Source: Candidatus Omnitrophota bacterium (lineage in GTDB: Bacteria; Omnitrophota; Gorgyraeia; VGKH01). From it: a DNA stretch of 64,000 bases. The translations under genes were made by a program, and so were the position numbers. The stretch lies in assembly GCA_022703055.1 (NCBI GenBank), contig JAKLEP010000001.1, forward strand, positions 218,850 to 282,849, in the 5' to 3' direction. Of the stretch, positions 42,538 to 51,895 are shown in pieces. Under the pieces are notes generated by a model, which saw only the letters and a program-made list of their open reading frames with translations, had not been told where the DNA came from and searched no databases. How positions within the stretch are numbered: the stretch's first letter is position 1; each line of letters opens with the position of its first letter.

Positions 42538-44502
42538 ATGCCCGAATATTTAAATAAAACAAATTTATTGGTCATTATCTTTCTTGTATTGATATGTATT
42601 ATAATCTACGGAAATTCCCTGCTTAACCCATTTGTCTGGGATGATTCGTGGATGATCCAGAATAATCCGTTGATAAGAAACTTCAATAACATCCCCAGGC
42701 TTTTCCAGGTTAATCTTACCTATTCCCGAGGAGCATCCGCCTCCAATTTTTACCGTCCTTTACAGAGCCTGTCTCATATGTTTGATTATCATTTTTTTGG
42801 ATTGCAGCCATTTGGATACCATGCAATAAATATTGTCCTGCATGCCATAAATGCCGTGCTGGTTTATTTTCTGATTCTGTTAATAACTAAACAAAAAGTT
42901 ACTTCTTTCGTATCGAGCCTGTTATTCGCCGTTCATCCTATTCATGTAGAGGCGGTTACTTATATATCCGGCAGGGCCGATTTGTTAGTGGCCTTTTTTA
43001 TCCTGTTAAGCCTAATCTTTTTTATCATTTATTCTGAATACGCAAAACTGAAACGGATTATTTTCTATTCTATTTCGATTTTGTGTTTTATTTTGGCATT
43101 GTTATCGAAGGAATTAGCAATCGTTTTTCCTTTTGTGTTAATTGTGTATGATCTGAGTTTTCGCAGAAAGAACTTGCGCGATCTATCATCTTTTCTGCGG
43201 GCCTATGCATTATTTATCATTATAGATTTAATCTATATTTTACTTAGATTAACGATTCTTAACTTCGGCCTAGGCGTTTATTTAACCGGGAATTATCCTT
43301 TATATAGCCGCCTGATTATTTTATCCCACAGCTTTAATATCTATTTTAGGCTTTTGGCGCTGCCTTTGGATTTGCACATGTGCCGGATATTTGGCCTTTA
43401 TTTGTCGCTATCTAACCCAATAACATTTTTCTCTGCTTTATCATTTATATTAGCGGTAATTTTATTGATATTGTCTTATAAGAGGGCAAAACTTATATTC
43501 TTTGCTGGTGCTTGGTATATAATCTTATTTCTGCCGCAATCCGGGATTTACCCTATAAATGCATTTGCAGCAGATCATTTCTTATACCTGCCGTCAATAG
43601 GGTTCTTTTTAATAATCGGATTTTTAATGACAAGATATCTTCCGAGAAGGATTTTTACGGTATCAGTGATGGCTTTGACGTGCTTCTATGCGACTACTAC
43701 AGCAATTAATAATTACGGATGGAGAAACGAATATCAGCTTTATAGGCGAATTATCAAACTTTCACCTTTATGCGCCAATGCCTATGTCAATCTGGGAGTT
43801 TATTATAGAGACAGAGGATTGTTGGACGAGGCAGAGAAGCAATTCAAAAAGGCGATTACTATCGATAAGTTTGATTATGCCAAGCGGGTCTATCTTGCAG
43901 AAATCTATTTCTTGCAAAACAAATTGGATAAAGCCATTGACGAACTCAAGGCTGTATTGCAAAATTCCCCTAAGAATAAGAATGCTTCTATCTTTAATGA
44001 TATTGGCTATATGTATAAATTGAAAAAGTCTTACGCCTTGGCTATTGATTATTATAAGCAGGCGTTAGAAATTGACCCTAATTTTACATTGGCGCGTTGT
44101 AATTTGGCTAGTGCATATTTTGATCTGGGTAAGACTAGGGAGTGTTTCGGCGAGCTGGAGAAGGCAATAGGCATTGAAGGGCTATTGAGTTCCAACGACA
44201 ATAAAGGCCCGACAGAGAAAGAATTAAAGGAAGTGTTAAAACAGAATAAGGAATACGGCGGTATTTTTAATGAATTGGCTGTGCTTTTTATCAAATATAA
44301 CCGTTTTGAAACCGCGGAAAAGATATTTTTAAGGACTATAGAACTATATCCCAATAGTGTTGAAACCCGCTTTAACCTCGGCGTTTTATATTATAACCTT
44401 GGGTTTTATGCCAAGGCCAAGGCCCAATGGGAAAGCGTATTAAAGATTAATCCTCGCCATTTACCTTCCTTGGAGTGGCTTCGTATCGTTCAAAACAAAT
44501 AA
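42538..44502 (+). CDS. TMTC-like GT-C fold membrane protein with C-terminal TPR repeats (putative protein O-glycosyltransferase)
   Basis: 654 aa. N-terminal YGNSLLNPFVWDDSWMIQNNPLIRN (FxxDD...N motif of the PMT_2/TMTC-like family) followed by about 11 TM segments. C-terminal ~270 aa are TPR units (AYVNLGVYY, IFNDIGYMY, ARCNLASAY, TRFNLGVLYY). Confidence 0.6.
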   Translation: MPEYLNKTNLLVIIFLVLICIIIYGNSLLNPFVWDDSWMIQNNPLIRNFNNIPRLFQVNLTYSRGASASNFYRPLQSLSHMFDYHFFGLQPFGYHAINIVLHAINAVLVYFLILLITKQKVTSFVSSLLFAVHPIHVEAVTYISGRADLLVAFFILLSLIFFIIYSEYAKLKRIIFYSISILCFILALLSKELAIVFPFVLIVYDLSFRRKNLRDLSSFLRAYALFIIIDLIYILLRLTILNFGLGVYLTGNYPLYSRLIILSHSFNIYFRLLALPLDLHMCRIFGLYLSLSNPITFFSALSFILAVILLILSYKRAKLIFFAGAWYIILFLPQSGIYPINAFAADHFLYLPSIGFFLIIGFLMTRYLPRRIFTVSVMALTCFYATTTAINNYGWRNEYQLYRRIIKLSPLCANAYVNLGVYYRDRGLLDEAEKQFKKAITIDKFDYAKRVYLAEIYFLQNKLDKAIDELKAVLQNSPKNKNASIFNDIGYMYKLKKSYALAIDYYKQALEIDPNFTLARCNLASAYFDLGKTRECFGELEKAIGIEGLLSSNDNKGPTEKELKEVLKQNKEYGGIFNELAVLFIKYNRFETAEKIFLRTIELYPNSVETRFNLGVLYYNLGFYAKAKAQWESVLKINPRHLPSLEWLRIVQNK

Positions 44503-44507
44503 AATAA

Positions 44508-44535
44508 TTGACTTTTTAATTTATTGCAGTAAAAT
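44508..44535 (+). promoter_or_regulatory. sigma70-type promoter of the minor-pilin/pilMNOPQ operon
   Basis: TTGACT (44508-44513), 16-nt spacer, TAAAAT (44530-44535). Confidence 0.55.
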
Positions 44536-44590
44536 AGATTACATAAATTTCAATCTCCCTAAAATTCAAAAAGAAAGTTTATATACCCGT

Positions 44591-45088
44591 ATGGTAACAG
44601 TTCGTAATAGAGGCAACTTTTTATCCCCCAAGGCATTTACGCTCATGGAGTTGATGATTGCGGCCTTGATTTTGGCCTTGGCTCTCGTGGGGCTCCTGGG
44701 AAGCTATATAAGCTGCATGCAGCTCACCGAGATAATGAGAAATACATCTATCGCCATGAATGCAGTCCAGGCGAAGACGGAAGAGATAGTTGAGCAATCG
44801 CAGCGGCCTCTGACCGAACCGCATAATTTCGATACCTTAAAGGCAGATTTTGATCAGGCTTCTTTTACTCCGGCAAGGCTAAATGGTATAGGCGTAAGCT
44901 ACGTCAACGATACAAATCCTAATTTGTTGGTTATTACCGTTTCTTTGAGCTGGCGCCAGTCCAGGGGCATGGTTATTGGAGAGGACAAAAATCTCAATGG
45001 CCAGTGGGATTCCGGCGAAGACACTCTTATTGTCAATAATATATTAGATTCACCGGCTGAGGTCGTTACTTATATCGCAAAGAGATGA
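44591..45088 (+). CDS. prepilin-type N-terminal cleavage/methylation domain protein (minor pseudopilin)
   Basis: ...SPKA|FTLMELMIAALILALALVGLL has Ala at -1, Phe+1 and Glu+5. 165 aa. Confidence 0.7.
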   Translation: MVTVRNRGNFLSPKAFTLMELMIAALILALALVGLLGSYISCMQLTEIMRNTSIAMNAVQAKTEEIVEQSQRPLTEPHNFDTLKADFDQASFTPARLNGIGVSYVNDTNPNLLVITVSLSWRQSRGMVIGEDKNLNGQWDSGEDTLIVNNILDSPAEVVTYIAKR

Positions 45089-45729
45089 ATTTCTTAAATA
45101 AAAATAGATCTTTTACATTAGTTGAAGTAATGATTGTTTCCTTCTTGTTCATTGTTATTTTTGGAGGGATTTTGACCATTCTTTCCATAAGCAGGTATTC
45201 ATGGTATCAGACAGACGTGGAAATTGAACTTCAACAGGATCTGCGTAAAGCCATGACTAGAGTTACGAAAGAATTGCGGGAATCGGGTTTTAATTCCGCA
45301 GGTACGTCTATGGTAACTATCCAAGACGGTGCTGGTACGGGCGGCTCCGACATTTTAAGTTTTTACGTGCCAGTAGACTATGATAATGACGGCGATATTG
45401 TTGATGCTTCCGGAAATATCCAGTGGGGGGCATCTACGCTTTGGGCGAATAAAGATCCTAACTGCGAAGCCGCAGGAGATAACTGCCAATATTTAGATTA
45501 TAAAGTGGAATATCTTATAAATGCTAATAATCAGTTTGTCCGCAGGGCCATTGATAACAGCGGCAATACTGTCAGAGAAGATTTGTATGCTAATAATGTA
45601 GTGGATTTTCAGGCCAGCCGCATCGATGATGTCGTCAGCCTGGAAATGACTGCCCGTAAAGATACCGTATTCGGCAGGACGATTACCAAGATTATTAGCT
45701 CAGAATTATATTTGAGAAATAAAGGATAA
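45085..45729 (+). CDS. prepilin-type N-terminal domain protein (minor pseudopilin)
   Basis: MNFLNKNRS|FTLVEVMIVSFLFIVIFGG has Ser at -1, Phe+1 and Glu+5. ATGA overlap with the upstream gene. Confidence 0.7.
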   Translation: MNFLNKNRSFTLVEVMIVSFLFIVIFGGILTILSISRYSWYQTDVEIELQQDLRKAMTRVTKELRESGFNSAGTSMVTIQDGAGTGGSDILSFYVPVDYDNDGDIVDASGNIQWGASTLWANKDPNCEAAGDNCQYLDYKVEYLINANNQFVRRAIDNSGNTVREDLYANNVVDFQASRIDDVVSLEMTARKDTVFGRTITKIISSELYLRNKG

Positions 45730-45743
45730 AAAGGAAGGCGATT

Positions 45744-47453
45744 ATGTTGTTTTTTAAGAGACGCAAAGGCATTGCTTTAGTGATAGCGTTTCTGGTAATT
45801 ATGGTTTTATTGGTTTTGGGAAGTATTTTTATTCTGAGATCTGTTGGAGAAAAGTATGCCGGTAGCAAAGAGAGGGCTTCTATCCAGTCGTTCTTTCTTG
45901 CTGAGGCGGGAGCCAACGCAGCCCTGAATAAAACAGACTATCTCATCAATACAGATATGCTTACTACCGTCAATAACACTAACCCGAATACTTTGGTAAG
46001 CCGCTTGACCCATAATCCGAATTATGTCGGCAATGGAGACGGTATAGGTTTTTTAGTCGATTTTACCAAAGAAGGAGGGGTAGCTCAATTTACCCGCTCA
46101 GGGGACTCCGCTATTTATACGGCAACCGCCACATCGCTAGGAAACGGTAATTACGCATATATTATTACTGTAACCGAAAATGGGAATCCTCAGTTAGTCG
46201 CTGTCGATACCTGGGATTTTCCTTATAAATATGTTATTTTGGCGACAGGAACAGTTGAGTCAACTCCCAGAGAGGTTATTTTTAACGGCGATTTTACCGT
46301 CCGCGTGCAAAGAGATAATTTTGCTAGATACGCGCTTTTTACCGACCATCATACCCTGCCCAGCGGAGGCACGGTTTGGTTTACTAACAAAACTCATTTT
46401 TACGGACCGATTCATACGAATGATCAATTGTCTTTTGCCTGGAATCCTAGCGGTACTTTCGATGGTCTTGTAACCCAGCATAATAACAAGGCGCAATTTT
46501 ATAATAATAATAATCCTATTCCGCTTGATGCTGATAGTAATCCGCCTAACGATGTCCCCACTTTTAATGCTGGTTTCAACCGAGGGGTAGATGAAATCAA
46601 CCTTGAATCTTCGGTCCAAAAACAAGACCTACAAGAACAGGCTTGGGGGAGCGTTCCGAGTACGCCACCGAATGGCATTTATGTTAATAACAATGGTTCT
46701 AGCTTAACCGGTGGGATTTATGTCCAGGGTAATTGTACTATTGATATGACTTCGGCGGGGAATAGCGCGGTTTACAATATAACGCAGGGTTCAACAACTA
46801 AGATTATAACCGTTAATTATGCTACTACCCAGACGACTGTACAGACAGTTAGTGGCCCTACAAATACGTATGCCGGGCTTCCTGACGGTATAGAAGATAT
46901 GGGAACTATTATTTATGTTAATGGAGAAGTTAGTAGTATAGGCGGCACAGTACAAAAGAATTCAAAAGTCACAGTTTCAAGCGAAAATGATATTATTATA
47001 CAAGATAATATTCTGTACGAAGAATATAATGCTGGGTCGGGAACTTCGGGCCAGACTGGCTATGTTCCTCCTAATGCGGATGGCAAAACCAATCTTTTGG
47101 GGATGCTATCGTGGGGAGGGGATGTGAGGATTGGAACTTCTGCTCCTGATGATCTATCTATCCATGGGACAGTAATGGCAAGAAACGGCGTATTTATGGT
47201 CGATAACTATAACGTAGGAGATCCCCGGGGCGCTGCTACGCTTTTGGGCGGGGTCATAACCCAGTTTTATGGGGCGTTCGGCCAGTTTAATAGCTCTACG
47301 GGTGAGCAAGTCCACGGTTACGGAAGAAATTTCATTTATGATGCCCGTATGGCCGCAGGTCAGTCGCCGCCATATTTTCCGACCATGCGAACTTTTATTG
47401 CCTTTACTAATGATATAACTGATAAGATTACTTGGCAAGAAGGGGGCGCATAA
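45744..47453 (+). CDS. large PilX-N-domain protein (putative pilus tip/minor subunit, adhesin-like)
   Basis: KGIALVIAFLVIMVLLVLGSIF matches the PilX_N pattern (rG.aL...l.....l). The remaining ~530 aa are N/T/G/S-rich with beta-strand-like periodicity. The C-terminus ...FIYDARMAAGQSPPYFP is seen in PilX-like proteins (from memory). Confidence 0.55.
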   Translation: MLFFKRRKGIALVIAFLVIMVLLVLGSIFILRSVGEKYAGSKERASIQSFFLAEAGANAALNKTDYLINTDMLTTVNNTNPNTLVSRLTHNPNYVGNGDGIGFLVDFTKEGGVAQFTRSGDSAIYTATATSLGNGNYAYIITVTENGNPQLVAVDTWDFPYKYVILATGTVESTPREVIFNGDFTVRVQRDNFARYALFTDHHTLPSGGTVWFTNKTHFYGPIHTNDQLSFAWNPSGTFDGLVTQHNNKAQFYNNNNPIPLDADSNPPNDVPTFNAGFNRGVDEINLESSVQKQDLQEQAWGSVPSTPPNGIYVNNNGSSLTGGIYVQGNCTIDMTSAGNSAVYNITQGSTTKIITVNYATTQTTVQTVSGPTNTYAGLPDGIEDMGTIIYVNGEVSSIGGTVQKNSKVTVSSENDIIIQDNILYEEYNAGSGTSGQTGYVPPNADGKTNLLGMLSWGGDVRIGTSAPDDLSIHGTVMARNGVFMVDNYNVGDPRGAATLLGGVITQFYGAFGQFNSSTGEQVHGYGRNFIYDARMAAGQSPPYFPTMRTFIAFTNDITDKITWQEGGA

Positions 47454-47719
47454 TGTCTGGTTCTGAGGAGAAGAATACTAATATTCTTAAAATGATCATT
47501 GTTTTTATTGTTGTGTTCTTTTTGTTTATTATTATTTTTAATATCTGGATGAAGGGTTCTATGGAAAAATCCGGAGTCGCTTCATCGTCTCAAAAACCAC
47601 AGACTAACAAGATGCTGGCGCCTATGCAAGAACAGGTTATGCCTAGTCTGAAAACGGGAATAATAGAGAAAAAACAAGAAGGCACGTCTAGAGCAGAAGG
47701 GCAGCTGATATTGCAATAG
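47453..47719 (+). CDS. small single-pass membrane protein, unknown function
   Basis: 88 aa from ATG 47453 (TAATG overlap with the upstream stop; track TTG at 47432 rejected). One TM helix (ILKMIIVFIVVFFLFIIIFNIW). Confidence 0.4.
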   Translation: MSGSEEKNTNILKMIIVFIVVFFLFIIIFNIWMKGSMEKSGVASSSQKPQTNKMLAPMQEQVMPSLKTGIIEKKQEGTSRAEGQLILQ

Positions 47720-47727
47720 CGATAGAT

Positions 47728-48843
47728 ATGAAAGATTTCCTTAAGGACAAATTGAGTAGTTTCAATATGCAGAAGATTATACAAGTTAATTTAGAACACT
47801 TGAAATCTATGCTTCCCAAGGATAAGCCAAGTATCAATATTGGCTTGGATATTGGGACGTCATCTATTAAGGCCGTAGCCTGCAAAATAGAAAAAGATAA
47901 AGTTGAGCTGGTCAATTTTGCGATTAAGCCGCTTGATAAGGATTATATATCTGATTCGATAAGCAGGACCATAAAAGAATTAAATATTGAAACTAAGAGC
48001 GTTAATATTTCAATCGGCGGGCAGGGGGTAGTAACCAGGTCGGTCAAATTCCCCAGGATGTCGCTTTCCGATGTCAAAAATGCCGTAGGTTTCGAGGCAG
48101 AGAAACATATTCCGTTTCCTTTGAATGAGGTCTATCTAGATTGCTATATCTTAAAACAACTTCCGGATGAAAACAAAATGTTGGTTTTGGTAGCTGCGGC
48201 AAAGAAAGAATTAGTGTTGCAGCGTCTATCGCTTTTGAAGCCTATATCTTTGGCAGTTAATTTAATCGATATAGATTCTGTAGCCTTGATTAATTTAGTC
48301 AACGGGATAGAGTTTAAAACTAAAGCCGTATCCTCAGGGACTGCTCAAAACACAGAGCAGAAGAAGGCAGTTGCCTTGCTTAATTTGGGAGCTAATTTTA
48401 CCAGTCTTTGCATTATTGAAAATGGCATACCTCGGTTTGTGCGCGATATATTTATTGGCGGCAACGACCTAACTAAAAGGATAAGCAATATTCTAGGTAT
48501 CGGCCTGGCAGAGGCCGAGAAGGCAAAATGTATCCCTTCGGAAGGATGGGATAAAGTGGTGGGCGCCTGTGAATCTATTTTGAACAATTTAGTCAATGAG
48601 ACCAGGCTTTCCTTCGATTATTTTGAATCGGAATCCGGAGTGCCCATAAGCTATTTGTATCTTAGCGGAGGGGCTTCGTATCTTCAAGGGGTAGACGAGA
48701 TTATAAAGACCAATTTAAACGTGGAGACCAAATATCTTAATCCGATCGTTGATTTCAGCATCAATAAGGATTTGGTGGGACGCCTAGAGCCGGAAGCGCG
48801 GAAATTATCCGTGGCAATGGGCTTGGCGCTTAGATCAAAATGA
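47728..48843 (+). CDS. pilM: type IV pilus assembly protein PilM (actin-like ATPase fold)
   Basis: 371 aa. IGLDIGTSSIKAV and LSGGAS motifs of the PilM/FtsA-like fold. Followed by pilNOPQ. Confidence 0.8.
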   Translation: MKDFLKDKLSSFNMQKIIQVNLEHLKSMLPKDKPSINIGLDIGTSSIKAVACKIEKDKVELVNFAIKPLDKDYISDSISRTIKELNIETKSVNISIGGQGVVTRSVKFPRMSLSDVKNAVGFEAEKHIPFPLNEVYLDCYILKQLPDENKMLVLVAAAKKELVLQRLSLLKPISLAVNLIDIDSVALINLVNGIEFKTKAVSSGTAQNTEQKKAVALLNLGANFTSLCIIENGIPRFVRDIFIGGNDLTKRISNILGIGLAEAEKAKCIPSEGWDKVVGACESILNNLVNETRLSFDYFESESGVPISYLYLSGGASYLQGVDEIIKTNLNVETKYLNPIVDFSINKDLVGRLEPEARKLSVAMGLALRSK

Positions 48844-49418
48844 TAGAGATAAATTTATTACCTCCAGAATTAAGAAGGAAAGAGCCGACATTTAAAGTGC
48901 CGATTCCTAAAGAGACTCTTTTTCTCTTTGGCGGCGCAGTTATATCGGTACTCATTATAATCCATTTGCTTTTAGTTGGCGCTTTGGCGGCTAAGAAGGC
49001 CAAATTTTGGGGATTGAATATGGAATGGCAGAAGATTGTCCCTGAGAAAAATAAAATCGACGGTTTAAAAAATGAGCAGAAAGAGATTACCGAGAAAATC
49101 AAGTCTATAGAAAAATTGACCAAGAAGGGAAGAATCAGCTGGGCTAAGAAATTGAATATAATGAGCGATGTCTTGCCTCAGGGGGTCTGGATTAGGCTAA
49201 TTAATTTTACCGGCAAGGAGTTAACAATCGAAGGCAGCTCGGTATCGCTAAGGGGCGAAGAAGTTATTCTGGTCAACAAATTCGCCTCCGCTCTTAAGAA
49301 TAATACTGATTTTTATTCCGATTTCAAAGACCTGGAAGTCGGCACTATAAAGAGACGCCAGATAAAAACTGTAGAAGTTGCCGATTTTACTTTAGTGGCT
49401 AATTTTAAGGAGAAATGA
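48840..49418 (+). CDS. pilN: type IV pilus assembly protein PilN
   Basis: MIEINLLPPELRRKE start (INLLP motif) followed by a single TM. ATGA overlap with pilM. Confidence 0.8.
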   Translation: MIEINLLPPELRRKEPTFKVPIPKETLFLFGGAVISVLIIIHLLLVGALAAKKAKFWGLNMEWQKIVPEKNKIDGLKNEQKEITEKIKSIEKLTKKGRISWAKKLNIMSDVLPQGVWIRLINFTGKELTIEGSSVSLRGEEVILVNKFASALKNNTDFYSDFKDLEVGTIKRRQIKTVEVADFTLVANFKEK

Positions 49419-50005
49419 AGAATATAAATACGGACTTTCTTAAAAAAATCGATTTGCAGAAACACTCAAAATTAATTCTGGGGGTTGCTGCGGCGTTGCT
49501 ATTTCTTTTAGATTTTTCTTTGATTATGAAGCCACAACTTAAATGGTTGAAAGACTTAAATCCTAAGATTAATGAGTTGAGGACCAATATCGAAGAGACC
49601 CGCAGAGATATAGCATTGCTCAAACAGATCGAAGAAGCTTCGCAGGGTTCGAAGAGGAAGATGTCCGATATAGAAAAACGCGTTCCGCAGGAAGAGGATA
49701 TTCCTTTAGTCTTGCAGGATATATCTAAAGCGGCTAATGATTCTATGATAAAGATATTGCAGATTCGTCCCATGAAGGAAGAAAAAGAGGTGGCGCTCAA
49801 GACCCAGTCGGGGCAATACTACCGCATACCGATTTCGATAGAAGCAAAAGGTAGCTATCATCTTTTTGGTAAATTCCTTAGTACTTTGGAGAATAGTGAG
49901 ATATTTATGAGCGTTAACACGCTTGAAATAACTTCCAGCGATAAAGATTTCAAAAATCACAATATAAATTTAGTCATCAACACTTTCATTTTTAAGAATA
50001 AATAA
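49415..50005 (+). CDS. pilO: type IV pilus assembly protein PilO-like
   Basis: N-terminal TM, a coiled coil, then YYRIPISIEAKGSYHLFGKFLSTLENSEIFMSVNTLEI, the typical PilO C-terminal pattern. Confidence 0.7.
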   Translation: MKNINTDFLKKIDLQKHSKLILGVAAALLFLLDFSLIMKPQLKWLKDLNPKINELRTNIEETRRDIALLKQIEEASQGSKRKMSDIEKRVPQEEDIPLVLQDISKAANDSMIKILQIRPMKEEKEVALKTQSGQYYRIPISIEAKGSYHLFGKFLSTLENSEIFMSVNTLEITSSDKDFKNHNINLVINTFIFKNK

Positions 50006-50361
50006 TGAAGAAGGCATTAATCATAATTGGGTTTTTGTTAGTCGCCGTAAGCCTAATGGCAGCTGAAGAAAAAGAGATTACTTTTGTTTATGACAGCAAG
50101 GGCAGGCGCGATCCATTCCTACCTTTGGTTAGTTCTGAAGGTTATTTAATAAATGCCGAGCCTTACAGCGATGCGTCCGAAGTTAAGGTAGAGGGGATAA
50201 TTTACGATCCGCGCGGCAATTCATTCGCTATTATAAATACTCAAGTTGTAAGAATAGGAGAGAAAGTGGGAGCCTTTGAGGTCTTAAAGATAGAGAAAGA
50301 TAAAGTTACATTATTAAAAGATACGGAGAAATTTGAAATATATTTAAAGGAGGGGCGTTAA
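50005..50361 (+). CDS. pilP: PilP-like small periplasmic pilus assembly protein
   Basis: 118 aa. Signal peptide, RRDPFLP motif, beta-rich C-terminus. Positioned between pilO and the secretin. Confidence 0.55.
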   Translation: MKKALIIIGFLLVAVSLMAAEEKEITFVYDSKGRRDPFLPLVSSEGYLINAEPYSDASEVKVEGIIYDPRGNSFAIINTQVVRIGEKVGAFEVLKIEKDKVTLLKDTEKFEIYLKEGR

Positions 50362-51827
50362 TGAAGAAACTGTTGATATTATTGTTTCTTGTTTTTAGCT
50401 GCAATTTTTTAATTGCCCAAGAAGAACCGAAGAAAGAAGCTCAGCAGCAACCTAGTGCACAAGCCGTTAGTCAGGAGGCAGCAGCCGTTCAGACCGAGCA
50501 GGTCGCAACTGCGCAAGAAGCACAGCCTGTGGAGGGATCCAAAGAAGTAGCGATAGAGGTGCAATCGGAAGTTAAGCCAGGAAATGTTACTTTGGATTTT
50601 CGCGATGCCGATATTCGCAATGTCTTAAGAATTCTATCTTACAAAAGCGGCGTCAATATAATCGTTGGACCGGAGGTAACTGGTTTAGTCACAATCCAGC
50701 TTACTGATGTTCCTTGGGAGACGGCGCTTGACGTAATTTTAAGGACCTATGGCTACGGTTATGAACGCAAAGGCAATATCATAACCGTTACGACTTTTGA
50801 AAAATTATCAGAACAAAGAAGATTAGAGCAAGAGCTAAAAGCCCAGGAGCCTTTAACTACGGAAGTCTTTACTTTAAATTTTGCTAAGGCAGAAAGTGTT
50901 GTGGGCTCCATTAAAGAGATGCTTACCCCCAGAGGCAGAGTAAATTTTGATAACCGCACCAACACATTAATGGTTACCGATAGCCTCAGCAATATGGATA
51001 GGGTAAAGCAGATAGTGCCAACTTTAGATGCTGTAACTCCACAGGTTCTGATCGAGACAAAGATTATCAAGACAACTTTGACCGATACGGAAAATCTCGG
51101 TGTCGATTGGACAGCGCAGATAACCGTTACCGGCGCCCAGCATCCTACGACTTGGCCGTTCGACAGCCAAAAAAGTAATTTCAGCGAAGCATATATGCCT
51201 GATAGCTTCCCTGCAACCACTACGGTTGACGGAACCGGCACCGGAAGATTCAGGTATGGTACGCTTGATTTTGGTTCGCTGCAGGCGGTATTGCAGGTTT
51301 TATCTTCAAGGACCGATACCAATATTTTATCTAATCCACGTATCGTAACGTTGGATAATCAGCCGGCGAATATTATCGTCGGCAAAAAATATCCTCAGCC
51401 GCAGTATACTTATAATGCCGACCAGGCTAAGATGCAAGTTTCTGGCTGGGAATATTTGGATATTGGTATAATTCTAAAAGTTACTCCCCATGTAAACAAA
51501 GCGGGTTTTGTAACTTTGGATATCGCACCGCAGGTTTCGGATATCGATAGCTATGCAACAGTGGAAGGTACTTCTATGCCGATATTAACGACTGAGCAGG
51601 CGGCAACACAGGTCATGATTAAAGATGGGGAAACTTTGGTTATCGCAGGATTGATAAAGGACCAGGTTTCCAATAATAAGAATAAAATTCCACTGTTGGG
51701 AGATATCCCAATAGTAGGCATGTTATTCAAGAAAAAGGCGGACACAAAGCAGAAAACGGATCTTTTAATCTTCATAACTCCCCATATTATTACTCCGACT
51801 ATAGCTGCGGAGTCACCAAAGGCCTAG
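50361..51827 (+). CDS. pilQ: secretin (PilQ/GspD family)
   Basis: Signal peptide. N-domains (VTLDFRDADIRNVLRILSYKSGVNII...). C-terminal secretin domain with IPLLGDIPIVGMLFKK...DLLIFITPHII. Confidence 0.85.
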   Translation: MKKLLILLFLVFSCNFLIAQEEPKKEAQQQPSAQAVSQEAAAVQTEQVATAQEAQPVEGSKEVAIEVQSEVKPGNVTLDFRDADIRNVLRILSYKSGVNIIVGPEVTGLVTIQLTDVPWETALDVILRTYGYGYERKGNIITVTTFEKLSEQRRLEQELKAQEPLTTEVFTLNFAKAESVVGSIKEMLTPRGRVNFDNRTNTLMVTDSLSNMDRVKQIVPTLDAVTPQVLIETKIIKTTLTDTENLGVDWTAQITVTGAQHPTTWPFDSQKSNFSEAYMPDSFPATTTVDGTGTGRFRYGTLDFGSLQAVLQVLSSRTDTNILSNPRIVTLDNQPANIIVGKKYPQPQYTYNADQAKMQVSGWEYLDIGIILKVTPHVNKAGFVTLDIAPQVSDIDSYATVEGTSMPILTTEQAATQVMIKDGETLVIAGLIKDQVSNNKNKIPLLGDIPIVGMLFKKKADTKQKTDLLIFITPHIITPTIAAESPKA

Positions 51828-51895
51828 TTTAGTTAGCTTGCTAGAGGTTTTGGAGATTAAAGCAATGGTGATTGCAGGAGTCCTGCTATTTTAGA

